Shown: positions 53,130 through 64,000 of the stretch, piece after piece
Layout of the letters: the number at the start of each line of letters is the position of its first letter
Position numbering within the stretch: the stretch's first letter is position 1
Assembly: GCF_006345805.1 (NCBI RefSeq)
Contig: NC_043003.1
Span: forward strand, 98,084,001-98,148,000
DNA: 64,000 bases
Direction: 5' to 3'
Origin: Octopus sinensis
Lineage: Eukaryota
The notes under the pieces: model-generated
The model's input: the letters and a program-made list of their open reading frames with translations, nothing else
Told to the model about the DNA's origin: nothing
Database searches by the model: none
Made by a program: the position numbers and the translations under genes

Positions 53130-55010
53130 GCAACCAAACGAGGGACACTTGTTCACCTTTGTTATTTGTTATAGCCTTGATCCCACTTTCTGTAGTCCTA
53201 CTCAAAGTCAATGCGCACTATGAGGTGAGAAAGAATGGACCTCGTCTCAACCACCTTCTCTTCATGGAGGATTTAAAACTGTTCGCAAAATCAGAGCCTG
53301 AAATGGAGAGGCTGGTTGAGACTACAGATGTGCAGTAAGAATGTAGGGATGGAATTCGGTATTACGAAGTGTGCGGTGCCCACTTTGAAGCAGAGGAAAA
53401 GAGCAGACTGTAAGGGCATAGAACTGTCAAACGGAGAGAGAATGGAAGACCCAGATGATGATGGGTAGAAGTATCTTGGGATCCTGGAGCTGGACAATAT
53501 CTTGTACAGAGAAATGAAAGACAAGGTCATCACTGCATATTTGAAGCACTTCAAACGTCTATTGAAATCAAATCTCAACTCAAGGAACCTTGTGACTGCC
53601 AACAACACATGGGCTGTTACTGTAGTCCGCTATAGTGCACCCTTCCTGAAATGGACACGAGCGGAGATTGTCCAACTCGATCGCACAACCCGAAGACAAT
53701 GACATTGTTTGGTGCCCTCCGACCTAAGGCGAACGTACACAGGTTCTACATGAAGAGGCGTAAAGGTGGACGTGGGCTGATTAGTATACGGGAGGACATC
53801 AACAGTGAAAGAAGAAACATGGAAGAGTATTTGGTAAATAACAAACAAGACCTGATTCAGTATGCTGCTAAAGCAGAAGGATTTACCAAAAATGGAATTG
53901 AATTCCGATTACGAATAGCCTACGAGAAAGAAGAAACTCTACTTCGCATTGAATTTCATGGTGAGTTCCAGCATGAAATTAACAACTTAAAAGATCAGGA
54001 AGCATCATGGTGGTGGCTCAGTAAGGGTGACCTAAAAAAGAAGAATGAAAACATAATCCTCGCTGCTCAGGATCAGGCATTGAATACCGACTCAGTGAAA
54101 ATATATATATACCTCACAGGTGCAACGAACCTCTGCAGGATATGTGAGAAGAGGGCCGAAAGCGTGACTCACATTGTTCATGCTTGTGAAAGTCTTGCAC
54201 AGAAAGCATACAAGCGCAGACACGACAAAGTAGCGCAGAACCTTCACTGGCTACTATGCCGGAAGTATGGTCACGAGGTAACGGGTGCTTGGTGCCAACA
54301 TACACCAGAAATAGTAATGGACGAAAAGGGGAAGCCAAATATCCTCCGGGACTTTGACTTCCAAGTAGACAAGGTGTTAGAGCACTGAAGGTTGGACGTA
54401 GGAACCTTTAGGCGGGAGAAACAAGAGTGCCTAATAATCGACGTGGCAGTGCCAGGAGATCAGCTTATTATCGATAAATATGGAGACTGAGAAATGAGAT
54501 CGTCAAGATGTGGCAGCTACGTGAGTCAAATATAAAGGTTGTCCCTATTGTCATCGGAGCATTGGGTTCTATACTACCCAACCTGAAGAAACATCTGGAA
54601 ACTTTAGAAATACCCTACAATCTAGGTGCATTGCAAGAATCGGCATTACTTGGAACAGCACGCATATTGCGTAAAGTACTGTCTGTCTGGGGTCCTTGTT
54701 GTGACTTGACAGACATTACAAATCCCCGGTAGACACAATATCTTCAATCAACGTTACGATACTGGATACTTATTTCTTTACTACCCACAATGGGCTAAAC
54801 ACAGAGGGGACAAACAAGGACAGACATAGGTATTAAGTCGATTATATCGACCCCAGTGCGTAACTAGTACTTATTTAATCGACCCCGAAAGGATGAAATG
54901 TAAAGTCGACCTCGGCGGAATTTGAACACAGAACGTAACGGGAGACGAAATACGGCTACGCATTTAGTGGATTCTGTGTAACAACTTAAATAATAATAAT
55001 AATAATAACA
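53130..55010 (+). pseudogene. R4/Dong-like non-LTR retrotransposon, 5'-truncated (RT C-term, CCHC finger, restriction-like endonuclease)
   Basis: LNHLLFMEDLKLFAK, KYLGILE, RKGGRGLISI, CRICEKRAESVTHIVHAC, RRHDKVA, LIIDVAVPGD; ends in (AAT)n at ~54990-55007 after a SINE insertion. Confidence 0.9.
54770..54962 (-). mobile_element. OR2-like SINE inserted in the R4/Dong 3' UTR
   Basis: tatttctttactacccac..gaaatacggctacgcattt. Confidence 0.85.
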
Positions 55011-55761
55011 ATGACAAAAACAATATATAATTAATACCTTTATATGCACTTCATACAAGACCCCTAGATGATCGTTCCACCTGCTGGGAACAATAACCTA
55101 ATCTCATTTTAAATTAGACCCTAAAGTCTTTCAACCGGAAGGTCACATTAGCTAATGTATCTCTAGCCATAAGCTATGTCTGAAAATGGTCGTATGATCA
55201 CGGAACGAATGTTTTAGATCATATTTATGTTTGACTAATGTTAGAGAACTGCAACAAGACATTGTGGCTGCGTGAGTTCCACAGAATGTTGCTATGTCGT
55301 CAAAGATCTACGGAACATATTGACTTCGTGAAATATTTTTATAGTCTTAGGTTTACTCTAATAGGAAACCTACTGTAACCCATGATCAACTACATTATAG
55401 TCACAAATATGTCATATTTTATTAAAACAGTGTAACTGTCACTATTCAATATATCTTTAACTTTTTTAATGCAATAAGGTGTGATTTGAGGGATATTTGG
55501 TTGCTATTATAGCTGTTTGAACGACTCCATCAAAAACTTCATACCTCTTTTCTGCCTGTATTCCTGTGGTATATCTTCCACCAAGAGGCCATTCACTCAT
55601 ACACTAGAAAGAATCGTAGATATGAGGGTTATAAAACGTGGGGCTGCAAAACAGGTTATATGTAAGCAAAATGGGTACGGACGTTGTTCAATGAACGCAT
55701 TAAATTTGATGCAGAACACATACCACACATACATATTCACACACACGTACACACTGACACA

Positions 55762-55792
<31 letters not shown>

Positions 55793-55853
55793 ATATATAT
55801 ATATATATATTATATAATATATAGTATATATATAGTATACATCATATATCATA

Positions 55854-55897
<44 letters not shown>

Positions 55898-55989
55898 ATA
55901 TATATATAATGGTACAACAATGCACCAATATTTACCGGAAATCGCATTCGAATACACACACGACACCACACAACACAAACACACGCACG

Positions 55990-56032
<43 letters not shown>

Positions 56033-56641
56033 ACATATATATATATACCACGTGCATACACATGGATGCTAAAACACGCCTGCACATGCGCATATGCATA
56101 TGCGACAAGCACCCAATTTCTCTGTTTCTATCCCTAGTAGAATATAGCTGCTCTCTGTTCCCTAACTGGACGCCTTGCTAGATTTAATTACAAGGGAATT
56201 CTCTGTTTCATCATACAGGTTTCTGGAATTCTAGGGCAAATTTCACGCACCATTGCCACCCAATGGCTACAAATCTTCATAATCTGCAATATTCATGCGA
56301 GAAATGAAACACATAACATACTTGAAAGAGATATTTTGATTTTGATATTATTTCAAGATAATATTAAAGTTTTTCTTTTTCTTCGCTAAATCTAGACAGT
56401 CTACATTTTAAAGGTATAAAGTTTTAAAATCAAAACTCAGTGAAAACGATGTTTTCAGATAAAAAGCAAAACAAAATTCTATATTTTCTTAGTAAAACGA
56501 TAAGCTTCTGTTACCATATTTATTCTCTTGAAACCGCCTCGACACTGGAATAATTGGTAAGACATCAGTATTCGAAATTTAGAATATATAGATTTCGATT
56601 CTTATCTAGAGACCTCCACCTCCAACAAGAATATGCATGTT

Positions 56642-56673
<32 letters not shown>

Positions 56674-56681
56674 AAGTATAT

Positions 56682-56748
<67 letters not shown>

Positions 56749-56859
56749 CATACATACATACATACATACATACATACATTTATATACAAACATATATATA
56801 TATACGTACATACCTCGTAGCCCCTAGATGGTAGATTATATGCCTTCAACTTATGGGGC

Positions 56860-57290
56860 TTCTAGGCCATGTTTTCTTTCCTGTTCCTTCTTGCTTTTTA
56901 CTCTGATGAAGCTCCGTGCCTTAATTCGAATGTCTTATGAAGATGAAGAACTTTATTCTCGCATTTATTTATAGACAGCGTTTTGGTAACGAATCGGAAA
57001 CGGCTGTAAGATATGTTACTTCACCTTTTTGCTATGTCATGCTTTGCATTAAAAATTAAGCTATAAGTGTGGTCCAATCGTTGTGTTTGTTAATCTGAGG
57101 TTTTATCCAGTTTCTCATTATTTGCATTGGTTCTTTATTAAACTCTTGTTTATCCTGTTGTTACCTGCACTCCACGTGCATAGTGTGCCCGCACACCAAT
57201 GCCTGGTGATGACACGGGTAACGGATACCGATAGTATACACAGATATTTTATCCCTTTGTCGGTTATTATAACCGCTAACTCTGTTTTCA
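56860..57290 (+). mobile_element. Penelope-like terminal repeat with degenerate long-stem-II HHR (56899-57012)
   Basis: CTGATGAagctcc..GAAACGGCTGTAaga; 3' part homologous to 3395-3545. Confidence 0.5.
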
Positions 57291-57300
57291 CTTGATACAC

Positions 57301-57341
<41 letters not shown>

Positions 57342-57373
57342 AGACACACAGACACACAGACACAGACACACAG

Positions 57374-57405
<32 letters not shown>

Positions 57406-57459
57406 GTACATAACAAGAATATTTATACATATATACCTCTCTAGATACATGTATGTATA

Positions 57460-57620
57460 GCGCAGGCGCATGTGTGTGGTAAGAAGCTTGCTTCCCAACC
57501 ACATGGTTCCGGATTCAGTCCCACAGCGTGGTACCTACGGCAAGTGTCTGCTTCTATAGCCTTCTGCCGACCAAAGCCTTGTAAGTGGACTTCGTATACA
57601 AAAACTAAAAGAAGCCCATT
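57460..57620 (+). mobile_element. CORE-type SINE 5' half
   Basis: tgtgtggtaagaagcttgcttccc..ggcaagtgtct. Confidence 0.8.
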
Positions 57621-57862
57621 TTATATAAATATTGTATAAAAGATCGTGGGTAAGGCCAAACAAAATGCGAAGTAAATGCAAGGTAAATCACAAAAAAATA
57701 GGTGAATTAATGTAGACTTACCTTGTATTCAATATTTCGCGGTTATGACCCCATTTTCAAGAAATAGACGAATGGTGCTGATGTGCGTGTGTACCATGAT
57801 TGACCGCTAATTCCCCCCAATTTTTTTTTGTATATCCTCTCTCCGCTTATTTCCTCTTGTTC

Positions 57863-57898
57863 CTTTCTGTTGAAGAGCGTAGGCTTGAAACGTAAAAG
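57863..57898 (+). ncRNA. HHR-like motif with non-canonical core (A6U)
   Basis: cttt CTGTTGA a gagc gtag gctt GAA ACGT A aaag. Confidence 0.4.
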
Positions 57899-58439
57899 AC
57901 TTTCTCACCTTCCTGTGCGTCAAACTAATACACCTGATTGTTGTTTTCGTCTTCTGCTTTTCTGTAACTTTCAACTATATATATATATACTTATAATTCT
58001 TGGGTCAGATAATTCACTGTTGGATTTATGTTCTCTGCTGTTTTATTTTGGCTCGGTACGATGATTGCGGTAATAAAAAGACCGATATAGTAATTTACTT
58101 TATTTGGTGTCGTAACTGTACAATTATATACTAAAATAGTTTTAAGATAGTTTAAAAAATACTAAGTAGGATCCCTACTGTTAGATATCCTATTAGCACT
58201 ATTAACTGAAGAGTCATAGTTTATTGAAAGGGGACATAAATGTTGTAGTACTATCTATACTAGATTGAGATATAATACTTACATAAACGTAGGGGTTGCC
58301 ATTATTACTAAAAGTAATTTAACCTGTCCAGTTTAATTTCTTAATATTAAGCGCTGCGATCCGCATTCATCCGCCACCGAAACGACCTGCTTCGACCAGT
58401 TAGAGCTATGTATACAGATAGCATAAAAACTATTTATTA

Positions 58440-59130
58440 ATGTGCGTATGTGTTGTACAAGGGAAACAAAATTAGAATTAGAAGCTTAATGTAAACATTA
58501 TTAATATGACATATTTAATGCATGTATTTTGTCCAAGATGCGGTACTTTGTCCAAGATAAACCCCCTTAAAAACATATTGTAATTAAAAGCACTGTGTAG
58601 CACTGAGGAGGGGAAATGACCGCGAAATATCGAAAGTTGTGACTCTCTTTCACTTCCGGAGCGATTTCATTTCGCCTGCTTTTGAAGTAAACTGTGTTTG
58701 GGTTTACTCTGGACGAAGTACCACAGCTTCACAGCATTTAACCATGCACATACATTAAGTATGTCATATTAATAATAATCTAAGCTGCTTCAAACAAAAC
58801 GTCTAATTTTTTTTCTTGTGCGACGCATATGCACATCTGCAAATAGCTAATATGCTATTTGTTTGAATATCTGAAGCTGGTAGAAGCAGGTCACTTCGAT
58901 GGTGCTTGAGCTTGTATTACTGAGGACAAAAACCGATCACGAATTATTAATATCTGACTCTCTCTTTCACTTTTTGCGTAATTTAGTTTCACCTAGCTTT
59001 GAGCTTTAAAGTGGTTTCAAACCCAATACGTTTCTTAATGGATCTACATTGGACAAAGTGCCGCAGCTTCACAGCGTTTAACCATACATATGTATTAAGC
59101 TGATTCAAGCAAATATTCTAATACACACGC
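58440..59130. repeat. Degenerate inverted repeat (58440-58565 vs 58700-58835) with a third partial copy at 59040-59130
   Basis: attattaatatgacata mirrored by tatgtcatattaataat; cagcttcacagc..ttaaccat occurs twice. Confidence 0.6.
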
Positions 59131-59339
59131 ACACACACCCGTTGCTGGGTTCTTATACAGATGCTGTTCTTAATCAGATTAGTAAACAATAAATATGAAG
59201 ATATATTCTCATAATTATTTCAAAATATCTATATTTTATTAAAGAATATCCGAATTGTAATGATAATAGAATTTATAACTGAAAATCTGTCAATCTTAAA
59301 GCACCTTGGGGTAAACAATATTCATTGAGTAATTTTCTG

Positions 59340-60480
59340 TTGGTGTTGAAATGAATGAATTGTTGCTGCTTCCAACCCACAAGCAAGCAACATAGATGTG
59401 GCCGTGGGAGAAGTATGTGATAGAGAGATCAAGTCCAGCTACTTTGAGGGACTGACCCTGAGATTTTTAACTGAAATATTAAAACTTAGTTTGACTGGAA
59501 ACTGAAGCGTCTTGAATTCAAATTGAACTTCTATAGGTACGAGAGGAATTTTTGGAATGAAGACGTTTTCTAATTTGTGACTACCTTTTATGATTGTTGT
59601 CTCTAAGACATGAGGTTTCATAGAAGTAACAATTGAGTTCCATTATACAGGTGAGAAGCAATGAGGCAAGTTTGGTGGAGAACTGTTACCATTGCAGAAT
59701 TTTTGGAAATGTTACACATTTGAGATTCTTTCATTGCAAGGTTTAGCGGAAGCTTGAACATGGAATGAGCAGTTTTTACCCTATTGATGAGGATAGTTGC
59801 AACGCCAGAAGATGCAACTCTGGAAGCTTAGATTTTATTTCCTCCCATTTAGGATTGAATGGTGAAAATGACAAAAAGATTTGGTTTTCCATATGTCCTG
59901 AAATATGTCATAGCATCTTGTATTCGTCCGTGCATATATCGATGACCACCTGTGAATGATGGTAGGAGATTATAAGTTGCCTCATGTTTTGAATATCAAC
60001 ATCTGTCCTCAAAGCATTTTGGAGATAAACATAAATTTTAGTCCTTGACTTTTTTCTTGATTGTTACAAATGTAGGGGAGACGCTCACTCTCAACTTTAG
60101 CATACATACCAACCAGGTATTGCTGAAATAGATCACGATACCAACCAGGTATTGCTGAAATAGATCACGATACATGTGTAATTGATTTGATTGTTCAGGT
60201 CTTAACATCAGTGGGTAAGAATAGAAGTCATTTGACGACACCTTTTTGTTTGTGATTGGCTCTCCTGTTGGAGGTTCAATCTGTAGAATATTGAAATGAT
60301 AACTATCTTGACCATTCCATAAAATAAGAGGATACTGGTGAGCATCATAAGAGTGATGAGTCTCTGAAACACGTTTAAGGTTGTTATCTCAACCACAAAT
60401 GAGAATGTCACGAGTTTCATGGGGATCACCAACCATAAGGATGGCTACTTCATTAGATGTGGGCTTATTAAAATGGCATA
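59340..60480 (-). mobile_element. Helitron Rep-helicase remnant, internally deleted
   Basis: Reverse strand: HHSYDA..YPL, DFYSYPLM, RDLFQQYLV, SFTGGHRYMHGRIQDAMTY..YGKPNLF, VASSGVA..TAHSMFKLPL, FIPKIPLVP..FQFPVKLSF-like motif. Confidence 0.9.
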
Positions 60481-60543
60481 AAATGTCCTTTACTATAGTT
60501 TAGTATAGACGTAGCGAACACGGAAACCACACACACACACATA

Positions 60544-60595
<52 letters not shown>

Positions 60596-60944
60596 TCACT
60601 CACAGCAACATACACACTAATACACATATATGTATGTATGTGTAGATGTGTGTGTATGTTTAATTGTCTGAGGGCTATCGTTAAAAAATTATCACACATA
60701 CACTCGTACACATAAACACTGTGACACATACTCACATCCATATACTGAGAGAGACACACAAATATACACTCACGCACATCTGAGGTCTATCTCTGTCCTT
60801 CTGTGTGTGTGTTTCTTTGTCTTTAGATGTGTGTATGTGTGCGTGTCAGTCGTCACAAAAATGTATGTATACTGACACACACATACACTCATACACATAT
60901 ACTTCTCAGTCATCGACCTAACGTACGTAAAGAACGCGCGAACA

Positions 60945-60986
<42 letters not shown>

Positions 60987-61216
60987 ACACACTCATATAG
61001 AAAATGTGATGCTGTGGTTGGTATAAAATGTCGTTTATGATAGCTGACTTATAGAAAGATTATAATGTTAAATTTTTGTAATGCAAATATGTAAATGAAA
61101 ATAAAGTTTATTTGGTAGACGAAAGATTACTGAATCTTTTGATGTCCCATACGTCAAAATCCGCAACAAGTTTTCGAATGCATAAGGAACATACGCGCGC
61201 ACACACGCGAACTCTG

Positions 61217-61297
<81 letters not shown>

Positions 61298-61299
61298 TA

Positions 61300-61648
61300 C
61301 AAAATGGGACAAGAACGCAAAACATCCAGACAGTTAGGTGATACAAAAAAGAACTACAAAACTTCCAGATAGACGATGCAAAGAAAACAAAGACGGGTCA
61401 TTCGGAGTTTTCTTTCCTCAGTCGAGTTCCAGATTATTTTTGCAATTTCGACTGGTTATACTCGAGATTGCTCCATAGGCATAGGAGTGGCTGTGTGGTA
61501 AGTAGCTTGCTTACCAACCACATGGTTCCGGGTTCAGTCCTACTGCGTGGCATCTTGGGCAAGTGTCTTCTACTGTAGCCTCGGGTCGACCAAAGCCTTG
61601 TGAGTGGATTTGGTAGACGGAAACTGAAAGAAGCCCGTCGTATATATG

Positions 61649-61683
<35 letters not shown>

Positions 61684-61960
61684 ATGTTTGTGTGTCTGTT
61701 TTTGTCCTCCTAGCATTGGTTGACGACCGATGTTGCTGAGTTTATGTCCCCGTTACTTAGCAGTTCGGCAAAAGAGACCGATAGAATAAGTACTAGGCTT
61801 ACAAAGAATAAGTCCCGGGGTCGATTTGCTCGAGTAAAGGCGGTGCTCCAGCAAATGACTGAAACGAGTAAAAGGGTAAAAGAGAATCTGGCCAACCCCA
61901 AGGAAAAACTAAGCTAAGAGCATTAGATTCCTTTGAAGATAGCAGCGAATGTATACGAAA
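61300..61960. repeat. Dispersed repeat split by a SINE insertion; related to 2590-2740
   Basis: gattgctcca before and atctggcc after the SINE; aaagacgggtcattc shared with ~2660. Confidence 0.55.
61479..61885 (+). mobile_element. CORE-type SINE, full length
   Basis: ggagtggctgtgtgg head to gtaaaagggtaaaagag tail. Confidence 0.9.
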
Positions 61961-61974
61961 ACAAGGACACGCAC

Positions 61975-62760
61975 CAGCGTCATTCGTGATCTGCTTTTTG
62001 CGCTCGCTGCTGTACTAGTAGCGACTTCCTTAGAAGAAGCTCAGAAACGGCGAGACCGGTTTTCTGCAGCATGTAAAAACCTCAGCTTGACCATCAGCTT
62101 AAAGAAGACAGAAGTGATCCACCAACCTTGCCCTACTCCTAAGTAAATTCGAGGCGTTAAGCACAGGCAGCCGGTTCATTATTCCCTTGACACTCCTATA
62201 CAGGTTGACGGGAAAAGGTATTAAACTTGATACCAAAGTACAGGCCAGTAAAACTGCAATTCTTATGGTTCTCTTGTAGGGCTCGGAATCGTAGACACTC
62301 TATAGGTAACACATTAACCAACTAGATGTCTTCCACAGAGTCTGTTTCAGGACAATCTACGGTTATTCACTAAAAGACAGAGAGTCTAACGTCAACCTGT
62401 TTAGCAAGTGTAAGATTGGTGGAATCGAGAGCTTCCTTATGCTGTCGCAATTGCGCTGGGTTGGCCATGTCGTCAGAATGAATGACGAAAGAACACCCGA
62501 AGTTCTCGTATACAGCCAGCTTGATAGTGGGCACAAGAATGTTGGTCGAACATGGCACAGATATAAGGACAAGCTGAAGAGTCAATATAGCCTACAACAC
62601 CTTTGAGTAAACAGCCTTGGAGCGAATAAAATGGAGATCGTCGCGTCAAAATGGTAACAGGCTTAATAGTGCAAAGCAAAGAAGAAAAGTTGCTGCAAAT
62701 GTACCGCCTGCAGTGACCCGCAATCCTCATACTTGCAGCATCTGCTGGCTTTTTTACAAA
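61975..62760 (+). mobile_element. RTE/BovB-like LINE 3' fragments
   Basis: FSAACKNLSLTISLKKTEV and LRWVGHVVRMNDERTP. Confidence 0.8.
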
Positions 62761-63001
62761 TCATTGGCAGGATTCAAATTTGACATAATCATTTGACATA
62801 ATCATTATGATTGACAAAAAAGTGTCGGATCCTCACAACTCGAAACCGATTGGGGGAAGTCCATCATATTCATATACATACATACATACATACATACATA
62901 CATGCATACATACATACATACATACATACATACATGCATACGTACGTACATACATACATACATACATGCATACATAATACATACATACATACATACATAC
63001 A

Positions 63002-63035
<34 letters not shown>

Positions 63036-63137
63036 GTTAATCCAAACGCGAAAACACAAAGATAAAACACAACAACTCGTGGACGTGGAACAAGTATAGT
63101 GTTATTGGACGCCCAGGAAAGGAAGGAAAGAAGGAGG

Positions 63138-63172
63138 ATTTAACGTTTCGAACGGAGCTCTTCGTCAGAAAC
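63138..63172 (-). ncRNA. Minimal type I HHR in Penelope-like terminal fragment (63045-63240)
   Basis: Minus strand: gttt CUGACGA a gagc ucc guuc GAA ACGU U aaau. Confidence 0.6.
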
Positions 63173-63311
63173 ATAGGAAAGGGAAAGATCCAAGGAAGGG
63201 AAGACGGAGGAAAAAAAATCGCCAACGGTACACACGCAGTCGTACATATACATGAATGCATACATACATACATACATACATACATACATGCATACATACA
63301 TACATAATATA

Positions 63312-63370
<59 letters not shown>

Positions 63371-63926
63371 TAATTTTGAAAGTGACTTCGAAGTTTCGTC
63401 AATTATAACGAAAATTGGAAGACACGGTCAGCCTTAAAATTGGAGAAATAAATGTGATACTGTTCTTAAGTGCATTGAGTTATCCCTCAATTAATATTTC
63501 GCTCTTTTATGTGTTAAACTACGTATAAAAACAGACATTAAATTTATTCACACACACGTATACATATACACGTGTACACACAAAGACAGATATATTTAAA
63601 CGTAGACACGAACTTATATGAACACGTTATGTATATGTGTGTGTATGAACACATGCATGTATGTATATGTATGTGTATACATTTTAAAAGTGAGTTTCAT
63701 AAAGTAATGGGTTGTCAAAACTCTACTTCATACTTTGTTTTCATGCCGCGTATCTAGGGATAAATCAAGTTGGCCACTCAAGGGATGATTTCCCATATCC
63801 AGCTCAGCTGAACCATGAATACTTTCGACAGTCTCGTTATATCATACTGGTCCTTCCCAATGTTTACAGAAGCACACTGAATTCATTGGCTCATATCACA
63901 TATACTTACCCCACTGCACACGCGAG

Positions 63927-63969
<43 letters not shown>

Positions 63970-64000
63970 AAGAACTTGTAGCGTTGGCTAATAGGTTCAG

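Noticed and set aside
61390-61426. Minus-strand CUGAGGA..GAAU
   Set aside because: Weak stem II, A15.1 missing and no stem I complement.

Overview
AT-rich eukaryotic DNA, dense in microsatellites and repeats, most consistent with an octopus genome (inferred from the SINE families and microsatellite load; no database search was run). The only supportable protein-coding gene is a SoxF-like HMG-box transcription factor on the + strand. Two coding exons are visible, 8160-8699 and 9884-11484; the exon with the N-terminal half of the HMG box must lie upstream of the window. The rest is SINEs, decayed LINEs (RTE, R4/Dong), Tc1/mariner, piggyBac and Helitron remnants, mariner-type MITEs, fold-back repeats and one 100-N gap. 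The most interesting unexplained signal is a set of type I hammerhead ribozyme (HHR) motifs found by eye in non-coding repeats. The best case is a ~1.8-mer tandem repeat (15967-16859) with a complete HHR in each unit on the minus strand. Double cleavage would release a 491-nt monomer, as expected for a retrozyme or a Penelope-dependent element that can form circular RNA. Other near-intact HHRs are at 5451-5496 (tail of a tRNA-headed SINE), 15456-15492, 40490-40584 and 63138-63172, and several sit beside inverted partial duplications typical of Penelope-like insertions. No ribozyme activity or expression can be shown from sequence alone. Almost all ORFs in the supplied track are microsatellite artefacts.
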